Source of the DNA: Cyclobacteriaceae bacterium
GTDB lineage: Bacteria; Bacteroidota; Bacteroidia; Cytophagales; Cyclobacteriaceae
Direction: 5' to 3'
Assembly (NCBI GenBank): GCA_041746855.1
Contig: JBGTGG010000143.1
Location: 2,155 to 66,154 of the forward strand
DNA: 64,000 nt
Both the position numbers and the translations under genes were made by a program. Numbering within the stretch: the stretch's first letter is position 1; each line of letters starts with the position of its first letter. Of this stretch, positions 18,903 to 28,843 are shown piece after piece. The notes below the pieces were generated by a model. The model was not told the DNA's origin and ran no database searches. It worked only from the letters and a program-made list of their open reading frames with translations.

Positions 18903-19340
18903 GATAATAAGCAGGTTTAAAGTTCACGTGTGCATAGCAAACTTCCTAAAAAGCCAAAGTTAAAAGTTATTAAACCTTAAATCTACAATTTTTGCTTTAG
19001 GTAAACAATATTGACCCAGGTTTATGAATGTTCGTGCTGAAATGCTGATTTACTCGCCAAAAAGCGTATTGATCTTCTAAATTGAGAGATATCGAGCTTA
19101 TATAAAACTCCCCCGAGGATACAGAATTCTTTTCACAACCATAATACCTCATTCTATGGGGTAAATGTAATACCCGCTTTATGCAAATTTAATAATGGGT
19201 TCAATTTTTAAGTGTGAACCATCAAAAAAAGGGTGGTTTTTGAAACAGTCTTGATTTTGATTTGCTCTTGGGTAGGGAATCGACAAGGGTAAATCCGACT
19301 TTGTGACTAAAAATTTACTATTTAAACTTCATTATAATAA

Positions 19341-20483
19341 TCATGATTTCAATGTTTCATGATAAACCCGTTCATATATCTCCATCGTTTTCTCGGCAGC
19401 GCGTTTCCATTGAAAATTTTGAACTTGTTTCAGTCCTTCGTCACAATGTTTTTCCAGCAGGTTTGGACTTTCTAATAATTCCAATATGGCATCGCTGATA
19501 TTTTTCACGTTATAGGGGTCGATCAGTTTAGCTCCATTTCCTGCAATCTCCGGAAGTGCTGATATATTGGAGGTGATGACCGGTACCCCACACGCCATGG
19601 CTTCCAGTACAGGCATGCCAAAACCTTCCGATAGAGAGGGGAATAAAAAAAGCTTACTCAACGAGTAAAGATGCACCAAATCATCCTGACTAATATATCC
19701 GGGTGAATGAATATGACTGGCAAACTGGGTGGCTCCGGATTTTTTCAGATACTCTAGAATAAACTCTTGTGTTAATCCTGGGGTGACCAGGGGAAGAGGC
19801 TTTGGCGACTTCTGGGAATACATTATAAAAGCCTCTAAAACACGCTCAGGGTTTTTTCGGGATGAAGTATTGCCGAGGAAAAGAATAAAGTTATCAGGGA
19901 GTCGGTATTTTAACTGAGTTTCTCTAAGGATTTCGCGGTCAGTAGTTTTTATAAATCGTGCGTTAACGCCATTGTGTATTACGTGAATTTTTTTCTCATC
20001 GATCTGTAAACGTTCGATCATTCTTTTTTTTTCGTAATGCGATACGGTGATAATAGCTTTACTTTTTTTACATACCCGAGGAACAATAAATCTACGATAC
20101 AAATTTCCATATCGTTGATAAGGTGAATCGGAATTGGGAATTGGGTCTAGAAAGATAACATCGTGAAGCGTTTGAATAATGGGTTTGCCACAATACAGTG
20201 GGGTCGTATTACCGGTGCAATGGAGGATATCAAGGTGTTCATCATTTGCTGCGATGGGGAGAAAAAATTGCTCAAAATCGAAAAATAGTCTTCCTTTAAC
20301 TGTTCGTACTTTAAATTCCTTGTTATTGTTTAACTGGCCGCTGGCGTCACCTTTTGCCGTTAAAATAACAATTTGATGACTTGTCTTCAAGTTGTACAAT
20401 TCAGTAATAAGCTCATTGGCTGAGATTTCAATTCCAAATTTTTTTTCTCGAAAAAGACGCTGAACCTCTATACCAATTTTCAT
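19341..20483 (-). CDS. Glycosyltransferase family 4 (GT-B, Glycos_transf_1)
   Basis: The C-terminal motif is LFLFPSLSEGFGMPVLEAMACGVPVITSNISALPEIAG (E-x7-E region). Confidence 0.85.
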   Translation of the reverse strand: MKIGIEVQRLFREKKFGIEISANELITELYNLKTSHQIVILTAKGDASGQLNNNKEFKVRTVKGRLFFDFEQFFLPIAANDEHLDILHCTGNTTPLYCGKPIIQTLHDVIFLDPIPNSDSPYQRYGNLYRRFIVPRVCKKSKAIITVSHYEKKRMIERLQIDEKKIHVIHNGVNARFIKTTDREILRETQLKYRLPDNFILFLGNTSSRKNPERVLEAFIMYSQKSPKPLPLVTPGLTQEFILEYLKKSGATQFASHIHSPGYISQDDLVHLYSLSKLFLFPSLSEGFGMPVLEAMACGVPVITSNISALPEIAGNGAKLIDPYNVKNISDAILELLESPNLLEKHCDEGLKQVQNFQWKRAAEKTMEIYERVYHETLKS

Positions 20484-21409
20484 TAATTTATTTTTTTAAA
20501 AAATCTAATTTCGGTTCCATTTACAGTGTGCCCAAGATTCCAGGAAATCCCTTTCCAATAAGCTTTTAGGTGATCATATTCATTTCTAACGATAAAGCTG
20601 ATTGTATTTTTCGGAATCGAAATAAAAATCAAAAAAAAGGGCCAGAACAATTTACTTATTCCTGAAACATTTCTTCTCATAAATAGGATCCGGTTCCTGG
20701 CCAGATAATATGTTTTTAAAACTGAATTTTTTCCAACGGACAATGATTCTTTATGATAGATGACGGCTTGCGGCTCATAGTAGATTTGGTATCCCGCCTT
20801 TTGTATCCGCGAAGACCAATCGAGTTCTTCATAATACAGGAAAAAGATATCTGCGAACATTCCGGTTTTTTCAACAACTTCTTTTTTTAGGAACATGGCC
20901 GCTCCATGGGCGTACGGTGTGTATCCTGGACTGTCGTATTGGCCTTTGTCAACTTCAAGATCGCCAATGGAATTATTTCTACCGGTTACTGGATGAATTC
21001 TAGTAAAACCAGCGTACTGAATTACATTTGGTTGAAAGAAATATTTTATTTTTGGGCTAACCACACCAATTGAAGTGTCTCTTAAAAACGGTGCCAATAA
21101 TTTTTCAAGCAAGTCAGGCGTTACTTCAGTGTCATTATTGACTAAAAAAAGATAATCACCATTGGCCGCTTCAATTCCGGTATTATTTCCACCAGTAAAT
21201 CCCAAATTCCTCTCATTGACGATTAGTTTTACGTCAGGATAATTCTGGTAGATTATTGTAGTTGGATTTTCTTTGGATCCATTATCGACTACTATGATCT
21301 CAAAATTTCTATAGGTTAGATTTTTGGTTGATTCAAGAAATTGACACGTTACTTCTGTGCCATTAAAATTTACAGTAATAATTGAAACGAGTGGATTTTC
21401 AATGTTCAT
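20483..21409 (-). CDS. Glycosyltransferase family 2 (rhamnosyltransferase-like)
   Basis: Motifs VSIITVNFNGTEVTCQFLES...FEIIVVDNGS, GFTGGNN and LFLVNNDTEV. The stop overlaps the GT4 start by 1 nt. Confidence 0.85.
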   Translation of the reverse strand: MNIENPLVSIITVNFNGTEVTCQFLESTKNLTYRNFEIIVVDNGSKENPTTIIYQNYPDVKLIVNERNLGFTGGNNTGIEAANGDYLFLVNNDTEVTPDLLEKLLAPFLRDTSIGVVSPKIKYFFQPNVIQYAGFTRIHPVTGRNNSIGDLEVDKGQYDSPGYTPYAHGAAMFLKKEVVEKTGMFADIFFLYYEELDWSSRIQKAGYQIYYEPQAVIYHKESLSVGKNSVLKTYYLARNRILFMRRNVSGISKLFWPFFLIFISIPKNTISFIVRNEYDHLKAYWKGISWNLGHTVNGTEIRFFKKIN

Positions 21410-22583
21410 TCTGGGAAATGGTTGACTCTATTTCTCTTTGTTTATGTTCTGTATGAATGAAGGTCTTAGTTCCATTCCTTGATAGAAATACAGACTGAAC
21501 TGTCTTAATCACCACAATGGGGAGTGTCATAAGGGCCTTAAGTGTTTTAAGCGATAAGAAATTTTTAGGAGTTGATATTACTAATGCAAGAAAGTAGAGA
21601 AACGTTAGAATAGACCAACGAAAAGTAATTTCCGTATTGTTATATACCAAAGTAAAGATCCCACACAGTAAGGCTAAGCTGATCATACTAATGATTCTGG
21701 AAGGAAATATGTTTTGAATAACAGCCGAATGAAAAAAGTTTATATTCCCCTTGAAAAGCAGGAGGAGGCTTTTTAATAGATTTTTTCTTAGCACACTATA
21801 TTGACCAGCGATCCATCTTCTTCGCTGATTTTTGTAGGCCTCGGGCGACTCTACTTTCTCGTCATATACTAGAAGCCCCTTTTGATAAGTGATAAAGTAC
21901 CCGTTTTCAAGGAGGGCTAGTTGTAAATCCCTGTCTTCAACCACAGAATCAATCTTTGATAATTTTTCCTTCAACAATTTATATGGAAAGGCCATACCTG
22001 AACCGATAAGAGCGGATGAAAGCCCCAGTGCGTTGCTGCCTTGACGAAATAGATGGTTATTGATTGCTTCGCTTAAGCCATCGAGCATAGCCATTGGGGT
22101 GCTTAAGTTTTTTGCAACACGTTGCGCTTGAATAATCGTGTAGCCCGCATTAAATAGATTATTAATTTCCCGGAGAAAACTTTTTGATAAGATATTATCT
22201 GCGTCAGCGATGATAGCAATTTCATATCGCTCATCAAGTTGATTAAAAGCATAATTCAATGAGCGACTTTTCATACTTTTCTCAAACGATACAGGCAAAA
22301 TAAATGCCCTCGTTGCGCTTAAATTTTTGATGGTTTTTTCCTGTAACGAATCTGCGATGACAATTACATCAAATGCGGAAGTGGGATAGTCAAGCGCCAA
22401 AAGCTCCTGGGTTGTGTGTAGGATTACATTATCTTCTTTGTAACTGGGAACGAAAATTGCAATTTTTTTGAAGAGAGGTGTTGCGGGTGCTTCTTTCTTC
22501 TTGTAAAAATGCCCTGCAAGGGCAAGAACAAAAACATAAATGGAATTTATCAAAAAGAAAACAAAGAGAAAACTTTCAATCAT
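21399..22583 (-). CDS. Integral-membrane processive-type GT2 synthase (D, DxD, ED, QRRRW motifs)
   Basis: An N-terminal TM helix and several C-terminal TM helices. Motifs are IFVPSYKED, VIVIADS, IIADADN, VVEDRDL and QRRRWIAGQ, the last being the Q(R/Q)xRW signature of NodC/PgaC/cellulose-synthase-like enzymes. There is an 11-nt overlap with the downstream GT2. Confidence 0.75.
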   Translation of the reverse strand: MIESFLFVFFLINSIYVFVLALAGHFYKKKEAPATPLFKKIAIFVPSYKEDNVILHTTQELLALDYPTSAFDVIVIADSLQEKTIKNLSATRAFILPVSFEKSMKSRSLNYAFNQLDERYEIAIIADADNILSKSFLREINNLFNAGYTIIQAQRVAKNLSTPMAMLDGLSEAINNHLFRQGSNALGLSSALIGSGMAFPYKLLKEKLSKIDSVVEDRDLQLALLENGYFITYQKGLLVYDEKVESPEAYKNQRRRWIAGQYSVLRKNLLKSLLLLFKGNINFFHSAVIQNIFPSRIISMISLALLCGIFTLVYNNTEITFRWSILTFLYFLALVISTPKNFLSLKTLKALMTLPIVVIKTVQSVFLSRNGTKTFIHTEHKQREIESTISQNEH

Positions 22584-22596
22584 GTGATAGAAAAAT

Positions 22597-23682
22597 TCAG
22601 ACTGCCTCTTTCTGAAGCATGGCGGGAATAGTACTAAAAATTATTTTTAGGTCGAGCCAAAAGGAGTTGGTCATGGCGTACTCCATATCCAACTGAATTC
22701 TTTCTTCTGGTGACATATTATCTTTCCCACGTTTGGAAATTTGCCATAGCCCGGTAATGCCGGCAGGGGCAAGAAAACGCCAGGCGATTTGGTCTTTTGT
22801 TAATTGTTCTGCTTCATATAGGGGCAATGGTCGGTTTCCAACCAACGACATATCGCCTTTCAACACGTTTATGAGTTGCGGGATTTCATCAAGACTGGTC
22901 TTTCTTAGAAAGGCACCTAGTTTAGTAACGCGCGGATCATCTTTAATTTTAAAAAATACACCACCACCTTCTTCACTATATTGATTTCGATGCATTAGTT
23001 TTTTGATTTCGCTATCGGCCCCAATCCGCATCGTACGGAATTTGTAGAAATCAAAAATTTTATATCCGGTACCTGCCCTTTTAGAGATATAAAAAACAGG
23101 CCCTTTTGAATCAAGCTTCACAGCAAGGGCAACTAACAACATAATCGGGGAGAGGAAAAACAGAGCCGCCCCGGAAAGGATAATATCAAAAATCCTTTTA
23201 TTGCTCCAAACTTTCATCACCGGTGCATCGGAGACGGTGCTTACGGTATGCGGGTTTTTAACGCGATCGTTTTTGTATTCTTTTAATTTTTTTATGAATT
23301 CAAGCCGCTTTAAGAAACCGGTTGTCAGTGTACCAAAATAGTAGTCGTCCGCGCCAAGGGTCAAAGCAATATCCTTGGAAGGCTCTTCGTATTTTTTTGT
23401 ATAAAAAATTAGCGGGATTGCTTTTTGACGGCACTGATCCTTTAATTGCATCAGCCCATCAATCGATAAATCGGTATCGATAAAAACTGCATCCGGGGGA
23501 TGAAGGCCGAACTCAATTATTGAAAGGGCTTGGTCAAGCGATGCAAATGAATTGTAAATCTGCTCTTGTTCATAGGCAGTTTCAACCGTCACTTCATTGC
23601 TGACGCGCACAATATGTTTTAGTGCTTTCCCGTCTTGGGGCCGGGTAAGGGATAAATGAGGGGCTTTTAAACTTGCTTCCAT
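22597..23682 (-). CDS. Polyprenyl-phosphate glycosyl-1-phosphate transferase (small PglC/WbaP-C-type bacterial sugar transferase) with an N-terminal degenerate receiver-like domain
   Basis: The C-terminal half has [27 protein letters not shown] (re-entrant helix), [55 protein letters not shown]. The N-terminal segment [20 protein letters not shown]....IPLIFYTK......[11 protein letters not shown] aligns by eye to the neighbouring CheY sequence PDLIISDVKMPSLDGIELLE....IPVLMLSG......CLDLGASNYLVKPF. It lacks the N-terminal acidic pair and the conserved Lys. Confidence 0.8.
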   Translation of the reverse strand: MEASLKAPHLSLTRPQDGKALKHIVRVSNEVTVETAYEQEQIYNSFASLDQALSIIEFGLHPPDAVFIDTDLSIDGLMQLKDQCRQKAIPLIFYTKKYEEPSKDIALTLGADDYYFGTLTTGFLKRLEFIKKLKEYKNDRVKNPHTVSTVSDAPVMKVWSNKRIFDIILSGAALFFLSPIMLLVALAVKLDSKGPVFYISKRAGTGYKIFDFYKFRTMRIGADSEIKKLMHRNQYSEEGGGVFFKIKDDPRVTKLGAFLRKTSLDEIPQLINVLKGDMSLVGNRPLPLYEAEQLTKDQIAWRFLAPAGITGLWQISKRGKDNMSPEERIQLDMEYAMTNSFWLDLKIIFSTIPAMLQKEAV

Positions 23683-23683
23683 A

Positions 23684-24076
23684 TTATTTGGCTAGCACAT
23701 TTTGATCACGGTCAGATTTGATGGCCTTCTCAACCTCGTCTAATAATGCTTGTGGTTCAAAAGGTTTTACAAGGTAATTACTTGCTCCTAAATCCAAACA
23801 TTGCTTTCGTTTTGCGGCATCCTCATATCCCGATAGCATCAATACTGGAATATCTTTGAACAATCCACTTTCCCTTAAATTTTCCAACAGTTCAATACCA
23901 TCCAGGGACGGCATTTTTACATCGGAAATGATAAGGTCAGGAATATTCCCATCCGAAAGCCATGCCCAGGCCTCCATTCCATTATTCATTACGACTACTT
24001 CATACTTGCTATGCAAAATTTTCTCTAAAAGCCAGCACAAAGGACTGTCATCTTCAATGACCAATACCTTCTTCAT
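23684..24076 (-). CDS. Stand-alone CheY-like response regulator receiver protein
   Basis: The sequence MKKVLVIEDDSPL...DLIISDVKMPSLDG...PVLMLSGY...NYLVKPF contains all canonical receiver residues (DD, D, S/T, K). I prefer the internal ATG at 24076 over the track start at 24175, because the 33 upstream codons do not look like protein. The stop is 1 nt from the PGT start. Confidence 0.85.
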   Translation of the reverse strand: MKKVLVIEDDSPLCWLLEKILHSKYEVVVMNNGMEAWAWLSDGNIPDLIISDVKMPSLDGIELLENLRESGLFKDIPVLMLSGYEDAAKRKQCLDLGASNYLVKPFEPQALLDEVEKAIKSDRDQNVLAK

Positions 24077-24392
24077 GGTACAAAAGTTTAAATACCCAAC
24101 AAAAAAATGCTGCTCTAAAGATCGAGATTGATTAAAGACGGGATCTTTAAAGCCAACTGTTAATAGACAATTCAAAATTAATTAAATTTTTGACTCTTAT
24201 GTAACCCAAGTATTGAAATTATCTAAAAAGAAGGGTAATAGCCAGTAATTTTTATAGTTTTTGTTTCCTTTCCACAAGAAGATGTTCTAACATTTTACCG
24301 GAATCGATTGTGATTTGAACTGCTCAATGTTGGTTGCTTTTGCTAGTTTTGCGCTTTCCATCCAGAACAACTAAACATTAAGTCCGGATTAA

Positions 24393-25145
24393 ATGGCTAA
24401 CTCTCGCTCTTCTAATATTAAAAATGTACTGATTTTAGGCGCTACATCCGATGTAGCAAAAGCACTCGCTATTGAATATTCCAAGGTGGGAAATTCAATT
24501 TTACTGGCTGCCCGGTCTGTTAGTCGACTTGACTCTTTGAAAAGTGACCTCGCCATTAAATACCAAAACAAAGTTGAGTTGGTAGAGTTTGATGCTTCCT
24601 TGCCTGCTACGCATCAGCAATTTTATGACAACTTACTTGTGAAACCAGATGTGGTGGTTTGCCTTTTCGGGTTCCTCGGAGGGATACCTGAAGACCGCAG
24701 TTGGAAGGCAACAGAAGAAATCCTCATGGTCAATTTTGTAGGTTGTGTTTCCATTCTGAACATTGTTGCCAAGGATTTCGCAAAACGTGGCGAAGGGGTT
24801 ATTGTGGGGGTAAGCTCTGTAGCAGGGGAGCGCGGAAGACAAAGCAATTATATTTATGGGAGTGCGAAAGCAGGTTTCACCGCTTACTTGTCAGGATTGC
24901 GAAACCAACTGTTCCCACTCGGGGTCCATGTGGTGAGTGTTATTCCGGGTTTTATCAAGACCAAGATGTTGCAAGGGTTGAAAACGCCAGCACCATTAAC
25001 GGCCACACCAGAGCAAGTTGCCAAATCAATCGTAAAAGCTGTAGAGAAAAAGAAGAATGTGGTGTATGTGCTGTGGTTTTGGAAATGGATTATGCTGATT
25101 ATCAAAACCATTCCTGAAGGGATATTCAAAAAACTGAAACTTTAA
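24393..25145 (+). CDS. Short-chain dehydrogenase/reductase (SDR) family oxidoreductase
   Basis: VLILGATSDVAKALA is the glycine-rich NAD(P) motif. The catalytic context is SSVAGERG...YGSAKAG (YxxxK). Confidence 0.8.
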   Translation: MANSRSSNIKNVLILGATSDVAKALAIEYSKVGNSILLAARSVSRLDSLKSDLAIKYQNKVELVEFDASLPATHQQFYDNLLVKPDVVVCLFGFLGGIPEDRSWKATEEILMVNFVGCVSILNIVAKDFAKRGEGVIVGVSSVAGERGRQSNYIYGSAKAGFTAYLSGLRNQLFPLGVHVVSVIPGFIKTKMLQGLKTPAPLTATPEQVAKSIVKAVEKKKNVVYVLWFWKWIMLIIKTIPEGIFKKLKL

Positions 25146-25149
25146 ATAA

Positions 25150-26211
25150 TTACTTCCTTTTGATTTTATCATTCACCGTTTCAATCTCTTTGACATAACG
25201 GATTTTTTTTGGTGCATGATATTTGGGCAACCGGAGTTTCATTTCAGCGATAAACTGTTTTTGTAAATTGGTTTTAAGTTTCGGTTCCTCCATGGTGAGT
25301 ACAACACTTTCACCAAGTCGTTGATCAGGCGCTCCATGAATGTAAAACCGATTTTGTATCGATAACTGATCAGCGATTTTTAGAATGATGCCTTCTGTTT
25401 GTTCGGGTATAATCTTAACGCCACCGGAATTGATCACATTATCAAATCGCCCACGCCAGTTGAAGCGATTTTCTTCTTCAATTTTCACAAGATCATTCGT
25501 AATGATTTCCTTTTTCAAAAAGGGTGCTTTTATAACCAGACAACCTCTGTTATCTAAGGAGATTTTTATTGATGGCAAAACATGGAAAGAGTTTTCTGAA
25601 AATGGGCTAATCCTTTTCAATGCAATGTGGGAAAAGGTTTCTGTCATGCCGTAGGTTGCAAATATATTTGTTTTGCTTCTGCTTAAAGCAATTGCATTCT
25701 CATGGGACAGTGGTGCGCCACCAATCAGTATGTGCTCAATATTCCTTAACTGTTGGAATGTTTTTCTTGAATGTAAGAATGTTTGAATCTGCAAAGGTAC
25801 AAAAGCTGCAAGTGTATAATCAGTTGAAAGTTTGTGGTTTTTGGTAAGACTTGCTGGTTCGTATGCTTCGATTCTCATGCTGTTTACCATGGCCCGCACC
25901 AACATCATCTTTCCACCAATGTATTCGGGGTTGATACAAAGCAATATTTTCCCGCCTCGTTTAATCGATAATGCCTGAAGGGTAAGCGTTGCACTGTGTG
26001 TTAGTTGCTTTCGGGATGCACCAATTTTTTTTGGAGTACCCGTTGACCCGCTTGTTTTGAGTGTGAATTTTTCTTGCCCGTTCAACCAACTCCTGATAAA
26101 AGATAAAGTTGAAAGCTCAAAAGCCGTGGTGCCAATTGTGGTTCCATCAATTATTTCCTGAACAGGAATCCTTTTTCCATTAAGTAAAATAGTTTTGTGC
26201 GGGTATTCCAT
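25150..26211 (-). CDS. menE: o-Succinylbenzoate-CoA ligase (short Bacteroidota-type adenylate-forming enzyme)
   Basis: AMP-binding P-loop-like motif TSGSTGTPKKI, plus YGMTE and the final position in a menF-menD-menB-x operon. Confidence 0.75.
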   Translation of the reverse strand: MEYPHKTILLNGKRIPVQEIIDGTTIGTTAFELSTLSFIRSWLNGQEKFTLKTSGSTGTPKKIGASRKQLTHSATLTLQALSIKRGGKILLCINPEYIGGKMMLVRAMVNSMRIEAYEPASLTKNHKLSTDYTLAAFVPLQIQTFLHSRKTFQQLRNIEHILIGGAPLSHENAIALSRSKTNIFATYGMTETFSHIALKRISPFSENSFHVLPSIKISLDNRGCLVIKAPFLKKEIITNDLVKIEEENRFNWRGRFDNVINSGGVKIIPEQTEGIILKIADQLSIQNRFYIHGAPDQRLGESVVLTMEEPKLKTNLQKQFIAEMKLRLPKYHAPKKIRYVKEIETVNDKIKRK

Positions 26212-26216
26212 TTCTA

Positions 26217-27041
26217 CTATGGAAACTGCGGGAACTGCATGAAATCCGGATCACGCTTTTCAATAAAGGCATTCTTTCCTTCCTTCGCTTCTTCCGTTAA
26301 GTAGTAAAGCAAAGTTGCATTTCCTGCCAGCTCCTGGATTCCTGCTTGTCCATCTAATTCTGCATTGAAAGAACACTTCAGCATCCGCAAAGCAATCGGA
26401 CTTTTCTGGGCAATTTTTCTTGACCACTCCACATATGCATCTTCCAACATTTCCAATGGAACAACTTTATTCACAAGCCCCATGTCCAGCGCTTCCTGTG
26501 CATCGTATTGATCACATAAAAACCAAATTTCCCGAGCTTTCTTCTGGCCGACAATGCGTGCGAGGTACGATGCACCAAATCCACCATCAAAACTTCCAAC
26601 CTTTGGACCAGTTTGACCAAACCGTGCATTCTCAGCGGCAATGGTTAAATCACAAACTACGTGGAGTACGTGCCCACCACCAATTGCCCAGCCCGCTACT
26701 GCCGCAATAACAGGTTTAGGAATGGAGCGGATTAGTTTTTGTAAGTCCAATACATTCAAGCGTGGAACGGTGTCTTCACCTACATAACCACCATGTCCGC
26801 GAACACTTTGATCGCCACCACTGCAAAATGCTTTTCCGCCTTCTCCCGTTAACACCACTACTCGAATGGTTGTGTCTTCCCGGCAAATCTCCATCGCATT
26901 GATCATTTCTTTGACCGTAAGCGGGGTGAACGCATTGTGTACCTCCGGACGATTGATACTAATGCGTGCGATGCCTTCAAATTTTTGAAAGAGGATTTCT
27001 TTATATTCTTTGATGGTTTTCCAGTCGTTCTTAAGATTCAT
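26217..27041 (-). CDS. menB: 1,4-Dihydroxy-2-naphthoyl-CoA synthase
   Basis: Crotonase-fold protein with highly characteristic MenB blocks: [69 protein letters not shown] and the C-terminal FIEKRDPDF. Confidence 0.93.
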   Translation of the reverse strand: MNLKNDWKTIKEYKEILFQKFEGIARISINRPEVHNAFTPLTVKEMINAMEICREDTTIRVVVLTGEGGKAFCSGGDQSVRGHGGYVGEDTVPRLNVLDLQKLIRSIPKPVIAAVAGWAIGGGHVLHVVCDLTIAAENARFGQTGPKVGSFDGGFGASYLARIVGQKKAREIWFLCDQYDAQEALDMGLVNKVVPLEMLEDAYVEWSRKIAQKSPIALRMLKCSFNAELDGQAGIQELAGNATLLYYLTEEAKEGKNAFIEKRDPDFMQFPQFP

Positions 27042-27109
27042 ATGTTTATTTTTTTCTGATTATGGTCATATGGAATGCCCCAATAACCAGTCCGTTTGAC
27101 GGAAAGCAT

Positions 27110-28843
27110 TTACTTGGGCATTTCATAATGTTGCTTTATTTTCTTTTTGTATTTATCAAATATCGTTTTGCACGTATCTGCATCGGATTCAAATTCTAAA
27201 ATTTTAGTTCTTCCGTCTATTGTAAAAAAATCAGCGAGTAGATTTTTTATTTTTCTAGTATTATCCAAAAGTAAATGATCGAAATCAAACTCCTGGCAAA
27301 GGTACTTTGCATTAAGCTTTTGCTCGGTAACAAAATAGGGATTCGCTTCCGGTAACGAGGCCGGACCATCAATCATTTTGAAAATTGCTCCACCATGATT
27401 GTTCAACAACAAGATCCGTAAATTGGGAAGTGGATAGTTATGCCAGAATGCATTTCGGTCATAGAAGAAAGCAACATCACCAGTAATCAGAATATTTAAT
27501 TGGTCACCAAAAAGTGTGTGGCCTACTGCGGTACTGGTGGCGCCATCAATGCCACTGGTGCCCCTATTTGAAAAAACTTTAATGCCATTTTTCTCAGCCG
27601 AAAGGCCAATGAAATTTGCGTAACGAACACTCATGCTACTGGCAAGGTGCAGATTAGCTTGTTGTGGTAATCCTTTCATCACCTCGTTTACCAATTCGAA
27701 TTCCCCAAAGGGTTGGTGAGGAAAGAATTCATGCGTAGCCCGTATAGTTTTTCGTTCTTCTGCGTTCCATAGTTGCTTGTAATTGATTTGCTTTTGTTTT
27801 TCGAAATCAGTTTTTGGGGCAAGGGTATTGATAAACGAAAACATGTTTTCCGGTGTAGCGCGAATAATCCTGGTGATGGATTGAAAAACATCCGCAACAT
27901 TTCCATCAGGCTGAATGTGCCAGTGTTCTCTTGCTTTATTATTTCTTAAATAGTTTTTTAAGTGTTTTGATAAAACTGATTTTCCTAACGTGATCAGCAG
28001 GTCAGGCTTAAGTCCTTCTTTAATTTCTTCACTGGCGACACCAAGAAAAGAATCAGCATGTGCTATGCTTTCATCAAGGGTGTGAAGGTTGGAAATGATT
28101 TCCCCGATGATAGGGATGTTTAATTGATTAGATGTAGTGGAAAGAATTCTCGACAATGAAATGGAATGGTCGGCTTGACCGGATACCACAAGCACTTTAT
28201 TGAAATTTGTCCACTCTTTTTCGAGTTCTTTTTTTACTTCATCACCCAGTTCATATGTATTCGGAATATCTTCAATACACCGCGGAGCGAGGCTGAAAAT
28301 AATATCTTCTTCAGGTGCCGGGTAAAAAGGTTCTCGGAAAGGAACATTGATATGGACCGGTCCGGCTGGATATTGCGAGGCCAAATTAATGGCTTCGTTC
28401 ACTACGCGATTGATCATCCATACATCATCAATATGTTCGTAATGTTGTGGAAGTTGATACGATTTCTTTACGTGGTTTCGATAGAGTTCTTGTTGATGGA
28501 TGGTTTGTCCATCTTGCTGACCGACCCATTCCACGGGCCGATCGGCAGTGAATATGATCAACGGAACCTGTTGAAAATATGCTTCCGCAATTGCCGGAGC
28601 AAAATTATAGGCAGCTGTTCCGGAGGTGCATACCAACGCAACCGGACGCTTTTCCGCTTGTGCCATTCCTAATGCAATGAAGCCAGCGCTGCGCTCGTCA
28701 CTAAAAGTCTTACACGCTAATTTTTGATTGCGGGTGAACGCGAGTGTCAGCGGTGCACAACGCGAACCGGGACACAACACTACATTGCGAATTTCTTTTC
28801 GGGCACAGATTTCTACGATATCGTAAATTGGCTGAAAACTCAT
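27110..28843 (-). CDS. menD: SEPHCHC synthase (2-succinyl-5-enolpyruvyl-6-hydroxy-3-cyclohexene-1-carboxylate synthase), ThDP-dependent
   Basis: Motifs VVLCPGSRCAPLT, ERSAGFIALGMAQ, CTSGTAAYNFAPAIAEA and NRGTSGIDG. The preferred start MSFQPIY at 28843 forms an ATGA start/stop overlap with menF. The track ORF extends 17 codons further upstream. Confidence 0.9.
   Translation of the reverse strand: MSFQPIYDIVEICARKEIRNVVLCPGSRCAPLTLAFTRNQKLACKTFSDERSAGFIALGMAQAEKRPVALVCTSGTAAYNFAPAIAEAYFQQVPLIIFTADRPVEWVGQQDGQTIHQQELYRNHVKKSYQLPQHYEHIDDVWMINRVVNEAINLASQYPAGPVHINVPFREPFYPAPEEDIIFSLAPRCIEDIPNTYELGDEVKKELEKEWTNFNKVLVVSGQADHSISLSRILSTTSNQLNIPIIGEIISNLHTLDESIAHADSFLGVASEEIKEGLKPDLLITLGKSVLSKHLKNYLRNNKAREHWHIQPDGNVADVFQSITRIIRATPENMFSFINTLAPKTDFEKQKQINYKQLWNAEERKTIRATHEFFPHQPFGEFELVNEVMKGLPQQANLHLASSMSVRYANFIGLSAEKNGIKVFSNRGTSGIDGATSTAVGHTLFGDQLNILITGDVAFFYDRNAFWHNYPLPNLRILLLNNHGGAIFKMIDGPASLPEANPYFVTEQKLNAKYLCQEFDFDHLLLDNTRKIKNLLADFFTIDGRTKILEFESDADTCKTIFDKYKKKIKQHYEMPK

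Noticed and set aside
19198-19240. Hairpin GGTTCA-N11-TGAACC followed by an A-run, downstream of the GT4 gene, considered as a terminator
   Set aside because: The stem is only 6 bp with an 11-nt loop. On the relevant (minus) strand the T-run precedes the stem rather than following it. It is not convincing.
24077-24175. N-terminal extensions proposed by the longest-ORF track. Examples: response regulator to 24175, thioesterase to 30525, TPR protein to 32755, lpxK from 34479, PhnX-like from 51522, FAD oxidase from 55147, menD to 28894
   Set aside because: In each case an internal start gives a canonical family N-terminus or signal peptide and removes overlap with the neighbouring gene. The extensions encode non-protein-like sequence. 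The exact starts remain unverified.
24701-25117. 138-aa plus-strand ORF overlapping the SDR gene in another frame, and the minus-strand ORFs 24623-25129
   Set aside because: The SDR frame carries clear family motifs (glycine-rich loop, YxxxK). The alternative frames are Arg/Cys-rich shadow ORFs.
28166-28672. 168-aa plus-strand ORF antisense to menD
   Set aside because: The menD frame is unambiguous from its ThDP-enzyme motifs. The antisense peptide has no features.
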